Assembly: GCA_035569605.1 (NCBI GenBank)
Contig: DATMMS010000005.1
Span: forward strand, 355,262 to 419,261
DNA from: Candidatus Solibacter sp.
Lineage (GTDB): Bacteria; Chloroflexota; Dormibacteria; DASZGP01
Direction of reading: 5' to 3'
DNA: 64,000 bases
In this document: in pieces, positions 19,545-28,456 of the stretch
How the letters are laid out: every line of letters begins with the position of its first letter
Numbering within the stretch: the stretch's first letter is position 1
Program-made: the position numbers and the translations under genes
The notes under the pieces: generated by a model
What the model saw: the letters and a program-made list of their open reading frames with translations, nothing else
What the model was told of the DNA's origin: nothing
Databases searched by the model: none

Positions 19545-19804
19545 GCGTGATGGCGGCCCGAACCGGCAAGACCACCCTGCACTGCCCCAACGACGACTGG
19601 GATTTCGATCCCCGATACACGGAGGGGGTATGCCCGATCTGCGGCTGGGGTCCGGGAAAGCGGCCCACCGCGGCCTGGCTGGCGCGGGTTGAGGCCCTGC
19701 CCTGGGACTACATCACGCTGGCGATCTTTGCTGTCGTGCTGCTCGTCGTGGGTGTGCTCGTCGGCATGGCCGCCAACGTGAACATCCTTCCCCAGGGCGC
19801 CTGA
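19541..19804 (+). CDS. Small zinc-ribbon membrane protein (hypothetical)
   Basis: 87 aa; CPNDDW...CPICGW Cys pairs then TM helix ITLAIFAVVLLVVGVLVGM; ATGA overlap with upstream gene. Confidence 0.5.
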   Translation: MSVMAARTGKTTLHCPNDDWDFDPRYTEGVCPICGWGPGKRPTAAWLARVEALPWDYITLAIFAVVLLVVGVLVGMAANVNILPQGA

Positions 19805-19866
19805 GGCTGCACCAGCTGTGATCGCCGCCGGCAACCTGCCGGCGGCTCAGTCGGAGGATCTTGGGG

Positions 19867-20427
19867 CTATCGGCGGGCTGTTCGCCAGGCCGAGTACGCT
19901 GTCGCGACGCCGGCCAGGCTGATCGCCGCCAGCAGGGATTCCACCGGCACCCCCGTGGTGAAGGGTGCCATGCCGATCGTCCAGGGGGCGCGATTGTGAG
20001 CCAGGACGGCGATATTGCTGGCGGTCACGAAGCCGACCAGCGAGGCGCCGCCCGCGGCCAGGATCGCAAGCCGCCGGACCCGGCCGGCGCCGGCGAGCGC
20101 CAGCGCTGCAGCCCCGATCAGCGTCAGGCCGAGTCCCAGCTCGGTCAGCTCGACAAGCCGGGGCAATATCGTCGGGAACCGGGAGGCCAGGTTCGCCATC
20201 ACGGCACCGTAGGGTCCTGGAGCGTGGGAGACGAAGCCCACAAAGCCGTTCACAAACGCGGCGTTCTGCAGCTTGGTCAAGCCTGAGAAGAGCCACTCCC
20301 AAGCCTGTACGGCGCTCAGAGTGGCGATGCCTACGTAAGGTCCCGCGGTCGCGAGCCCGGTACGGGCGGCTGTATGGACCCTGGCCGGAGCCGAGGTCCT
20401 GGTAGGGGAGACTGATGTAGCAGCCAT
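19867..20427 (-). CDS. Hypothetical polytopic membrane protein (possibly DoxX-like)
   Basis: 186 aa, several hydrophobic helices; family assignment weak. Confidence 0.45.
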   Translation of the reverse strand: MAATSVSPTRTSAPARVHTAARTGLATAGPYVGIATLSAVQAWEWLFSGLTKLQNAAFVNGFVGFVSHAPGPYGAVMANLASRFPTILPRLVELTELGLGLTLIGAAALALAGAGRVRRLAILAAGGASLVGFVTASNIAVLAHNRAPWTIGMAPFTTGVPVESLLAAISLAGVATAYSAWRTARR

Positions 20428-20654
20428 CTGGTCTGCCTCCTGTGCGGTTGTCCCGTACGAATCATCCGTACGGCGACTCCACTGGTGATAACTCCACGTT
20501 GATATACGGCATTCCGATGCGGCACCGGGCGCGCGATTGATCCGCGGCGCGCTTGGGGGACAGAGGGTTCAGAGGCCACTCTTCGCCTCAGACGTAGCGT
20601 CGTAAATTGTATCTTTTGCGACGTTTACCGAGAGGAAGAGAGTGGCGTCGGGGC

Positions 20655-21579
20655 CTATTTCGCCCGGCTGAAGTTCGCCGTGACCTTCGCGTCCAGCTGC
20701 GTTCCGAGGTCCTGGTACTGCTTTTGCAACGTGGCGTAGTCGAACTTCTCCAATGCGTCGATATCAATCTTGAGGGCCGCCTGGGCAGTCTCGATCGCGG
20801 ACAGATTCCGGTTCTGGACGCCGTCCACGACGCCCTTGATATGGGTCAGCTCCGACCTGAAAACGGCCAGGAACTCCTTCAGCTTGGACGGCGTGTCGGG
20901 CGCGGCCGTGGCTCCGGTGATCAGCTTGTCAAGGCTGGCGCTGGGAGCCGCATAGTCAGCCTCAGCGGTACTCACCTTTTGCGCGGTCAGGTCGGCGCTC
21001 AGAGTCTTGAGCTCGACCAGGGTGGTCATGAGATCGCTGATCAGGCCGATCTGCTGTTTGACCGATCCGATTACGCTTATCTCAGCGACAAGGCCATCGT
21101 GATAGGCGCCCAGCCGGCCATGCTCGCGATCCAGCATGCTCGCCGAGATGGCTGTGAACATTGATCGATCCTGTACCTTCCGGTCGGCCGTTGCGACGTC
21201 CCTGATCTCGGTTTCATCCGTGGACTTGAGCGAGTCGAGCTCCACGTTTGCCTGGTCCAGCGCCGTCTTCGCTCGGGCAGGGTCAAAGTTGGTCCCGCTA
21301 AGGTCACCCACGCCGCTGAAGACCGTGCGCAGCTTGGCTTCGAAGTCGACATGGCGCTGGTCGACGGTCGAGCGCACGGCGTTTGAGGCATCGATCCTGT
21401 CTTTGGCCGCGGCCCTGGAGGCGACGACATAACCCACCGCCACCCCGATCAAGACCACCACCGCCGCGACGACGATCAGGAGATTGCGCACGAGGTGGCC
21501 CGCTGCCGCTACGGGTGGCGGTGGCAGTGATTCCCATAATGCTGGCGTGGGCGTGGCCTGGACTGCTGGCTCGTCGATC
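20655..21579 (-). CDS. Hypothetical membrane-anchored protein with long helical ectodomain
   Basis: Start placed at ATG 21579 preceded by GAGAGGGGGA RBS-like purine run; N-terminal TM (LLIVVAAVVVLIGVAVGYVV); the ORF-track start 22112 is an Arg-rich extension overlapping the divergent gene. Confidence 0.6.
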
Positions 21580-21665
21580 ATTTCGTTGCGTTCCCCCTCT
21601 CGGTTACCCCGCAGTGGGGACCATGGTAGGCCACTTGTGCGCTGGCGTGCGCCTAACCTAGACGC

Positions 21666-22139
21666 ATGCGGGCGGTGAGTCTGCGGACGGCTGAGGTCCT
21701 GACCTGGATCGCGATCTGCCTGACCAGCTTCCTGGCGTTCCGGATCTTCGCGATCTACCTCACGCTGCTCAACCCGGCGACGTGCAACGACAGCTGTGAC
21801 CTGGGCCGCGACGCCATCCGCGTGTTCCTGGCGGTCTTCGTCGTCGGCTGGTTTCCCTGGCTGCTGATGCTCTGCATCTCCTACGCGCGGCGCCACGCCG
21901 AGCTGTGGTGGCTGCCGCACTGCGTGGTGATCGTCGGCGCCTATATCTTCGCCATGGCGTATGTGGCGGTCCTGTTCATGGGCTTCAGCGACGCCAATGG
22001 CCGCACGCCGTTCCTGGCGCTCTCGGCCGCCGCTAGCCTCGGGTTGGCCGGCCTGGTGCTGATCGCCGGCGTCGTGCTCGATCGCCATGTCCCCCCGGAC
22101 ACCACCGTCCACTTCTTCCAGGAGGACTCCGGAGAGTAG
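21666..22139 (+). CDS. Hypothetical membrane protein
   Basis: 157 aa, 4 predicted TM helices; divergent from previous gene. Confidence 0.5.
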   Translation: MRAVSLRTAEVLTWIAICLTSFLAFRIFAIYLTLLNPATCNDSCDLGRDAIRVFLAVFVVGWFPWLLMLCISYARRHAELWWLPHCVVIVGAYIFAMAYVAVLFMGFSDANGRTPFLALSAAASLGLAGLVLIAGVVLDRHVPPDTTVHFFQEDSGE

Positions 22140-22154
22140 CCGAAACGTCGCAAT

Positions 22155-23162
22155 ATGCGGCGTCGCGGTTTACACTGCCGTTCGGTGGTCTCTTCCTCTA
22201 CGCGTCTCCAAGACCAGGTGTCGGCGTTCCTCGAGCACTGCGAGATCGATCGCAACCTCTCGCCGCTGACTGTGCGCATGTACGCGCAGTACCTCGGCGC
22301 GTTCGGCGCATGGGCCGCCGCCGAAGGCGTCACCAGCGCCGAGCAGATCACCCCAGAGGTGGCCCGGCGCTACCGCGTCCACCTCAACCGATACGTGTCG
22401 CCGGTCACCCGTCGCAACCTCTCGCGCGGGACCCAGACCTCGTACCTGGTGGCGCTGAGGTCGCTGCTCCGCTTCCTGAGCCGCTCCGGAGAGGACACCA
22501 TGGCCGCCGATCGTGTCGAGCTTGGCAAGAGCGGCGGTCGCAGCCTCAAGTTTCTCGACTCACACCAGGTGGCGCGCCTGCTGGCGTCGGTCGACGCCAC
22601 CGACGAGCCTGGGATGCGCGATCGGGCCATCCTCGAGCTGCTGTTCTCGACGGGGCTGCGGGTCTCCGAGCTGGTCGGACTGGATCGCGAGCAGGTCAAC
22701 CTGGAGAGCCGCGAGTTCTCGGTCATGGGCAAAGGTCGCAAGGTCCGCGTCGTCTTCGTCAGCGACGAGGCGGCCGACGGGATCCGCTCCTACCTGTCGA
22801 TGCGAAAGGATCGGTTCAAGCCGCTCTTCATCCGCTACCGCGGCCACGCCGCCGAGCAGGAGACCCCCGGCGGGCGCGCCGCCATGGACGGCGAGGCCTG
22901 GCGTCTGAGCGCCCGGTCGGTGGAGCGCATGGTTGCCAAGTACGTGCGGCTGGCGGGGCTGGGCGTCAAGGCCACGCCGCACACGCTGCGCCACAGCTTC
23001 GCCACCGACCTGCTCTTCAACGGCGCCGACCTGCGTTCGGTCCAGGAGATGCTTGGGCACGCCAACCTCGCGACCACCCAGGTGTACACGCACGTCACCA
23101 ACCCGCAGCTGCGGGCCGTGCATCGCGACTTTCACAGCGGCAACCGCCGCCGTGGCGACTAG
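22155..23162 (+). CDS. Tyrosine site-specific recombinase, XerC/XerD type
   Basis: C-terminal catalytic block LRHSFATDLLFNGADLRSVQEMLGHANLATTQVYTHV; N-terminal SAM-like domain; true start may be in-frame GTG at 22185. Confidence 0.85.
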   Translation: MRRRGLHCRSVVSSSTRLQDQVSAFLEHCEIDRNLSPLTVRMYAQYLGAFGAWAAAEGVTSAEQITPEVARRYRVHLNRYVSPVTRRNLSRGTQTSYLVALRSLLRFLSRSGEDTMAADRVELGKSGGRSLKFLDSHQVARLLASVDATDEPGMRDRAILELLFSTGLRVSELVGLDREQVNLESREFSVMGKGRKVRVVFVSDEAADGIRSYLSMRKDRFKPLFIRYRGHAAEQETPGGRAAMDGEAWRLSARSVERMVAKYVRLAGLGVKATPHTLRHSFATDLLFNGADLRSVQEMLGHANLATTQVYTHVTNPQLRAVHRDFHSGNRRRGD

Positions 23163-23199
23163 ACCGAGTCCCTCGCCAGGGAGACCCCCTCCCCCGCTG

Positions 23200-23511
23200 T
23201 CAGCCTCTTATCTGGACCGCCGGCTGGACCTGTAGGCGCACCTTGCTGAAGCAGTCGTTGCAGTAGACAGGCCGCGATTCCCGCGGCTCAAACGGGACCT
23301 GTGTCGTGGTCCCGCACTCGGCGCAGATCACGTCATACATCCGTCGTGATCCCTGACGCTGAAGGCGTTTGGCGGATCGGCACTGCGGGCATCGCTGGGG
23401 CTGGTTCAGCAGGCCCTTTTCCTGGAAGAAACTCTGCTCACCCGCCGTCCATACGAAGTCGGCAGAGCAATCACGACACCTCAGCGTCACGTCCTCGAAT
23501 CCCATCGGCAC
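23200..23511 (-). CDS. Zinc-ribbon protein with four CxxC pairs (hypothetical)
   Basis: 103 aa; CRDC...CPQC...CAEC...CNDC. Confidence 0.6.
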   Translation of the reverse strand: MPMGFEDVTLRCRDCSADFVWTAGEQSFFQEKGLLNQPQRCPQCRSAKRLQRQGSRRMYDVICAECGTTTQVPFEPRESRPVYCNDCFSKVRLQVQPAVQIRG

Positions 23512-23604
23512 CTCCCAGTTCCATGGGTCTGCGGTCGAACCGCCCTACCATAACTCCGGCGTCATACCGGCTGCAAACAGCGGGCAAACGACGGGCAAAC
23601 CGCC

Positions 23605-23985
23605 TCAGCCGCTTTTACGAATGCCGTTATAGATAGTCTTGCCGCCCACCAGCAGCAGGTAAACCGCGAACACCTGGCGCAGCCGCTGCTGGTCGATGTG
23701 CACCGCCAGATAGGCGCCGGCCGCGGCGGTGACTGCCCCCAGCAGACCCATCCAGATCGTGGGCTGGATGTCGATATTGCCGCGGCGATAGTGCGACTGC
23801 GCTCCACTCAGCGCGGTGGGCAGGATAACCAGCAGGGACGTGCCCTGGGCGACCGATTGCTGCACTCCCAGGACCAGCACCATCGCCGGAACCATGATCA
23901 CGCCGCCGCCGATCCCAAGCGCTCCGGAAAGCATTCCTGAGACCAAACCGATGACCAGGGTCAGCGCCCCCTCACCGACGTTCAT
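23605..23985 (-). CDS. TSUP (TauE/SafE, DUF81) family membrane protein, C-terminal-half-like unit
   Basis: 126 aa, 4 TM; GxGGG motif SGALGIGGGVIMVP; start ATG overlaps stop of upstream half (ATGA). Confidence 0.7.
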   Translation of the reverse strand: MNVGEGALTLVIGLVSGMLSGALGIGGGVIMVPAMVLVLGVQQSVAQGTSLLVILPTALSGAQSHYRRGNIDIQPTIWMGLLGAVTAAAGAYLAVHIDQQRLRQVFAVYLLLVGGKTIYNGIRKSG

Positions 23986-24389
23986 GGCAGCAGCAGCCTG
24001 GTCGCCACGACGACGAGCAGCACGCCGAAGGCCAGCGTCAGCTGGCGGTCCGAGACGCGGTGGGCGATGACGGCGCCAAGCCGTGCGCCGACAACCCCTC
24101 CGATCGCCAGCAGCAAAGCGAGCTCAAACCGCACATTGTGGCCGCCCGCCAAGTAGTACGTGGCCACACCCACGATCGAGATCGGGATGATGGCGAGCAG
24201 CGAATTGGCGACCGCCCGCCTCTGGTTGAGGCCCAGCGCCCAGGTCAAACCTGGCACCAGCACCACTCCCCCACCGACGCCCAACAGGCCGCTCACGAAG
24301 CCGGCCACAGTGCCGACGCCAAGGGCCCGAGCTAAGGGCTTACCAGTAGCGCCAGGCACGGTTTCCGGGAGAGGTTCCAAACATCTCAC
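23982..24389 (-). CDS. TSUP (TauE/SafE, DUF81) family membrane protein, N-terminal-half-like unit
   Basis: 135 aa ORF; SGLLGVGGGVVLVPGL motif; start probably downstream of 24389 because the ORF overlaps the spoIID-like 3' end by 50 bp. Confidence 0.65.
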   Translation of the reverse strand: MRCLEPLPETVPGATGKPLARALGVGTVAGFVSGLLGVGGGVVLVPGLTWALGLNQRRAVANSLLAIIPISIVGVATYYLAGGHNVRFELALLLAIGGVVGARLGAVIAHRVSDRQLTLAFGVLLVVVATRLLLP

Positions 24390-26226
24390 CGTAGACCACG
24401 AAGTCAGCCGGTGAGCCGGCGTTGATTGCCCGGATGAACGCGCCCGGGGTCACCGTGCAGACGCGGGACGAACCGACCATGCGCACGCTGTTGAGGCGAT
24501 CTGAGGCGTCGCGGTCGGAGAGGTCGAAGGATCTCAGGGTGCCACACTGCGCCGCGCTGTAGGTCCCGCCCAGGTAGCCCTGGATCTCGCTGAGCGTGTG
24601 CGCCGGCGTGTACCAGGTGTGGAGTGGGCTGACGTCGTAGTTGTCGACCACCCCGGCCAGGTAGGGTGTGTTGCTGCCGCCCCACTCGTCCACGGCGGAC
24701 TGGGTGTGGCCGCCGTCGCTGGACGAGAACACTGCATCGATGATCTGGCCGCCGTAGAAGACCCCCTGCAAATGCGTCGTGGCGATGGCGGCGTTCTGCG
24801 ACTGGGTCTCGCGGCCGACTCCGCCGTAGACCTGGGAGGCGGTGGTGTCGTCGACGTCATACAGCCCTCCGCCGAGGTGGTACAGGGCGTAGGTGCGAGC
24901 GGCCACCATCTGGGCGGCGAGCGCGTTGAGGGGCCAGCTGGAAGGCACCTCGGCGATGCCTTGGAGGTAGCTCTCGAGCTCGACGTGGTTGATCACCTTG
25001 AAGCCGCTGCTGCCGTCGACCCAGGCCTCGCCGCGGTACTCCCGTCCACTGCCGCTGACCTGGAAGTACAGGCCGGGCACCAGCCGCAGCGTCGAGCTGT
25101 GGGCGCTGCCGCCTGCCCAGCTGGCGCTGATGCTGCCGTCGCCGTTGCGCGAGAACGTGGCCGTCTGGTCCTGCGCCAGGTGGCCCAGGACGTTGCCGGA
25201 GACGTCCTGCACCGTCGCCGGAGCGGACCTCGGGGTGATGGCGCCGCCGGCGCCCGTCAGGTAGACGCGGACGGTTTGGTCTGGGACCGAGCCGATGCTC
25301 ACCCCGCTGTAGAAGCTGTGAATGATCTGCTGCCACCCGATACCCGCCTGGGCCATGCCCAGCGCGCCGTACTGGGCCAGGCCCACGCCGTGCCCCCAGC
25401 CGTGCCCGCAGAAGCTGATCTTGCCCGCCGGCGCGGCAGGGCACACCGAGCCGTAGGCCAGCCCCGATCCCTTCTGACCGGCGGCTGCCGCTGCCGCCGC
25501 GGCGGCGGCGAGCGCCTGCTCCAACTGCGTCTCGGCTCGCTGGGTGCCACGAAGCGCGGCCAGCTGAGCGCGCTGCTGGGCCTCGATTTGGGATTCGATC
25601 GCGGCCTGGTTCTGGACCTGTCCCGATGCTGCAGCGGCTCTTGCCGCGAGCTCGGCCAGGAGCGGGTCGAGCTCGGCCTTGAGCCGCGCGGTCTCGTCAC
25701 GGTCGCGACTCAGCGCGTCGCGCTCCTCACGTAACCGGACCGCCTGGTCGTAGTTGTCGCGGGTCACGTGGGCGATGTAGATGAGGCGGTCAAGGAAGTC
25801 CGAGAAGCTGTTGGCCTCGAACAGGAAGACGATGGCGTCCGCCGGACCGGTCTTGTAGAGGCTGCGGCTCTGGGTCCGGAAAAGGTTGATATGAGCGTCG
25901 TGCTGCCTCTGGATCTGCTGGCCCCGGGCGTCGAGAGCCGCGATCTGGCGGCTGAGCTGATCTGCTCGGGCGAGCTGACTCTGATAGTCCGCCTGCTTGG
26001 CATTGAAGTCGGCGCGGAGCTGGTCCAGCATCGCCTGAGCCGACTGCTGCTGGCCGGCCAGCTGGTTGAGCGCCGCCCTCTGGCTCTGCTCCTGCGCCTT
26101 GAGCGCAGCCAGCTGATCTGGGGTCGGGTCAGCCAGGGCCGAGGTCGCCGGCATCGCGCCCACCATCAGGCAGACGGACAAAAACGTAGGCAGAAATGTG
26201 CGAAGACGCATGGAGGCTGAACTCAT
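24340..26226 (-). CDS. SpoIID/LytB-domain protein with N-terminal signal peptide and coiled-coil region
   Basis: 628 aa; signal peptide, Gln/Ala-rich coiled coil, poly-Ala run, C-terminal SpoIID-like blocks (MVAARTYALY...VYGG...SSSDGGHTQS). Confidence 0.8.
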   Translation of the reverse strand: MSSASMRLRTFLPTFLSVCLMVGAMPATSALADPTPDQLAALKAQEQSQRAALNQLAGQQQSAQAMLDQLRADFNAKQADYQSQLARADQLSRQIAALDARGQQIQRQHDAHINLFRTQSRSLYKTGPADAIVFLFEANSFSDFLDRLIYIAHVTRDNYDQAVRLREERDALSRDRDETARLKAELDPLLAELAARAAAASGQVQNQAAIESQIEAQQRAQLAALRGTQRAETQLEQALAAAAAAAAAAGQKGSGLAYGSVCPAAPAGKISFCGHGWGHGVGLAQYGALGMAQAGIGWQQIIHSFYSGVSIGSVPDQTVRVYLTGAGGAITPRSAPATVQDVSGNVLGHLAQDQTATFSRNGDGSISASWAGGSAHSSTLRLVPGLYFQVSGSGREYRGEAWVDGSSGFKVINHVELESYLQGIAEVPSSWPLNALAAQMVAARTYALYHLGGGLYDVDDTTASQVYGGVGRETQSQNAAIATTHLQGVFYGGQIIDAVFSSSDGGHTQSAVDEWGGSNTPYLAGVVDNYDVSPLHTWYTPAHTLSEIQGYLGGTYSAAQCGTLRSFDLSDRDASDRLNSVRMVGSSRVCTVTPGAFIRAINAGSPADFVVYGEMFGTSPGNRAWRYW

Positions 26227-26269
26227 TCTTTAGGCCGCCACCGGCCCTGTCAACCTCGTTGGCGGAGAT

Positions 26270-27232
26270 TTAGCCTGCCTGCGAGAGCTCCTTAATCACG
26301 TTCACAACGCTCTCGGACAGTCCGTGGAGGTCATATCCCCCCTCCAGGCACCAGGCGCTCCGGCCGTCGCAGAGATCAGCGGCCCAGGCGGTGATGCGAG
26401 CCGCCAGGATGCCGTAATCAACGGATTCCAGCTCCATCTGGGCCAGCGGATCGCTTCGGTGGGCATCGAAGCCCGCGCTCACGAGAAGCAGTTGGGGAGC
26501 GTATTCGCGGAGCGCGGGCGCGAAGACCTGATCGAACACCTCGACGTATTCAGATCGCCCCCCGCCCGCAGTCATTGGCGCGTTGAGGGTGAACCCTTCG
26601 CCTTCACCCTGGCCGCGCTCTGACGCGGCACCGGTGCCGGGATAGAGCGGGTACTCGTGGCAGGACATGTAGAGCACGTCGGACCGCTCGTAGAAGATGT
26701 CCTGGGTGCCGTTGCCGTGATGGACGTCGAAGTCCACGATCGCCACCCGTTCCAGTCCAAAGTCAAGCGCCGCCTGGGCTGCGATCGCGATGTTGTTGAA
26801 AAGGCAGAAGCCCATCGCCTTCGACCTGGTGGCGTGGTGGCCCGGGGGCCTGGTGAGGCTGAAGGCGGAGCCTTGCTCGCCCGCCAGGACCGACTGGACC
26901 GCCGCCACCGCCCCGCCCGCGGACGCCACCGCGGCGGCGACAGAGTTCGGCCCCAGCCAGGTGTCAGGGTCTAGCCACTCGCCCGTGCCCCGGGCATCGG
27001 CCGAAGCGCCGGCGTCGAAGATGGCGGCCACGTGGTGCGGGTCGTGCACGGATTCGAGCATCTCCCGCGTCGCCGGCTCGGGCCGCCGCCTCGGCAGCTC
27101 GCGGAGATCGGGGTCAGCCGCCAGCGCCTCATCGATGGCAGCCAGTCGCTCGGGCCGCTCGGGATGACCGGGCGCCTGGTGGAGGTCGCAGTCCGGGTGG
27201 CTGAAGAGAAGCGGCGCCCGCCCCGGAGTCAT
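26270..27232 (-). CDS. Histone deacetylase-superfamily hydrolase (AcuC/acetylpolyamine amidohydrolase-like)
   Basis: FDVHHGNGTQ...MSCHEYPLYPGTG blocks; ATG 27232 overlaps stop of upstream gene (ATGA); ORF-track start 27355 is an extension. Confidence 0.8.
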   Translation of the reverse strand: MTPGRAPLLFSHPDCDLHQAPGHPERPERLAAIDEALAADPDLRELPRRRPEPATREMLESVHDPHHVAAIFDAGASADARGTGEWLDPDTWLGPNSVAAAVASAGGAVAAVQSVLAGEQGSAFSLTRPPGHHATRSKAMGFCLFNNIAIAAQAALDFGLERVAIVDFDVHHGNGTQDIFYERSDVLYMSCHEYPLYPGTGAASERGQGEGEGFTLNAPMTAGGGRSEYVEVFDQVFAPALREYAPQLLLVSAGFDAHRSDPLAQMELESVDYGILAARITAWAADLCDGRSAWCLEGGYDLHGLSESVVNVIKELSQAG

Positions 27233-28446
27233 GTCACGTCGAGGTCGAGGGCCAGCTCCCGCAGGAATGACTCCACATCGGTAACGATGCCTACGGTCTG
27301 GAAGGAACCGCGGTCCGACAGCTTGGTCACCACCGATGGCTCCATGTCGACACATACCGTACGGACCGTTGCCGGCAGCAGGTTGCCGGTGGCGATGCTA
27401 TGCAGCATCGTGCCGACCATCAGGGCCAGCCTGATGTCCCGCTGGCGGATGGCCTGGCGCATCCTCTTCTGAGCCACGATCACATCGGTGATGACGTCGG
27501 GCAGAGGCCCGTCGTCCCGGATCGAGCCGGCCAGGACGATCTCGATCCCCGCCTTGGTCGCCTCGAACATGACGCCGCTTTTGACGACACCGCTCTCCAC
27601 GGCGGCCGCGATCGACCCCGCTCGGCGGATCTCGTTGATGGCTCGGATGTGGTGCTCATGGCCGTGCTCCAGGCCCAGGCCCGAATCGAGGCTGATGCCC
27701 AGCGAGGTTCCGAACAGCGACGACTCGATGTCGTGGGCGGCCAGCGCGTTGCCGGCGAACAGCACCTGCACGTACCCAGCGCGGATCAGAGCTGACAGAT
27801 AGCGTCCGGCGCCGGTGTGGATGACTGCGGGTCCCCCGACAAAGAGGATGGAGCCGCCGTCGGCGCGGATCTGGCGCATGTCGGCGGCGATCTCCCTGAT
27901 CACCAGCTTCTTGGGCTTCTCGGCCGACACCTGCGACTGCATGAACCCGAAGATCTCGCGGTCTCGGGATCGCTCCAGCGGCTGCACCCTAATTCCGAGA
28001 TACCCGGTCACCACCATCTGGCCAACCCGGGCCTCGTCGACGGGGAGGCAGAACGCTCGCTCGCCGTCGACCGCGATGCCGCAGTCCATCTCGATGTTCT
28101 CGACCTCCAGCCAGCGTTCGCCGACGCGCACCGAGGTCGGCTGGTTGCTGGTCGAGTAAAACTCGCCTGGGAAGACCCCATCCTGCGTCACCGCCTGCAG
28201 CTGGGCGCCGACGTGGTCCAGGGGCGCGGCGCCGTACTGCTGGATGGCGGTGAGGATCTCGCCCAGCAGGGTCTCGTCGCTCGCTTCCACCGACAGCCTC
28301 ACGTAGGACTTCTCGTCCTTGTGCTTGCCGACCCGGAACTCCTCGACGTCGAAGTTTCCGCCCATGTCCATGATCGTGTCCCAGACCTTGGGCAGAGCCA
28401 GGCTGTCGATGATGTGGCCCTCGAGGGCCACCAATGCCCGTTCCAT
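27229..28446 (-). CDS. Conserved hypothetical protein, possibly LOR/SDH-like domain family (TIGR00300-like); assignment tentative
   Basis: 405 aa from ATG 28446; Rossmann-like Gly-rich segment LFVGGPAVIHTGAGRYLSALIRAG; family call from recalled pattern only. Confidence 0.5.
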   Translation of the reverse strand: MERALVALEGHIIDSLALPKVWDTIMDMGGNFDVEEFRVGKHKDEKSYVRLSVEASDETLLGEILTAIQQYGAAPLDHVGAQLQAVTQDGVFPGEFYSTSNQPTSVRVGERWLEVENIEMDCGIAVDGERAFCLPVDEARVGQMVVTGYLGIRVQPLERSRDREIFGFMQSQVSAEKPKKLVIREIAADMRQIRADGGSILFVGGPAVIHTGAGRYLSALIRAGYVQVLFAGNALAAHDIESSLFGTSLGISLDSGLGLEHGHEHHIRAINEIRRAGSIAAAVESGVVKSGVMFEATKAGIEIVLAGSIRDDGPLPDVITDVIVAQKRMRQAIRQRDIRLALMVGTMLHSIATGNLLPATVRTVCVDMEPSVVTKLSDRGSFQTVGIVTDVESFLRELALDLDVT

Positions 28447-28456
28447 CTCGCCGATT

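Noticed and set aside
20428-20654. Imperfect inverted repeats (CGTCGTAAA...TTTGCGACG; GAGGC...GCCTC) between two minus-strand membrane genes as a regulatory RNA or mobile-element end
   Set aside because: Short, imperfect, and positioned where an intrinsic terminator/promoter for the flanking genes would be expected; nothing beyond ordinary intergenic structure.
21580-22112. N-terminal extension of ORF 20655-22112 (485 aa as listed)
   Set aside because: Extension is Arg/His-rich, overlaps the divergent membrane gene 21666-22139, and an internal ATG at 21579 with a purine-rich RBS gives a sensible TM-anchored protein.
22155-23162. Tyrosine recombinase as marker of an integrated mobile element
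   Set aside because: Sequence is XerC/XerD-like (chromosome dimer resolution); no adjacent tRNA, phage, transposase or flanking direct repeats were seen.
24598-25734. 378-aa plus-strand ORF antisense to the SpoIID-like gene
   Set aside because: Antisense shadow ORF; the minus-strand gene has signal peptide and SpoIID-like blocks.
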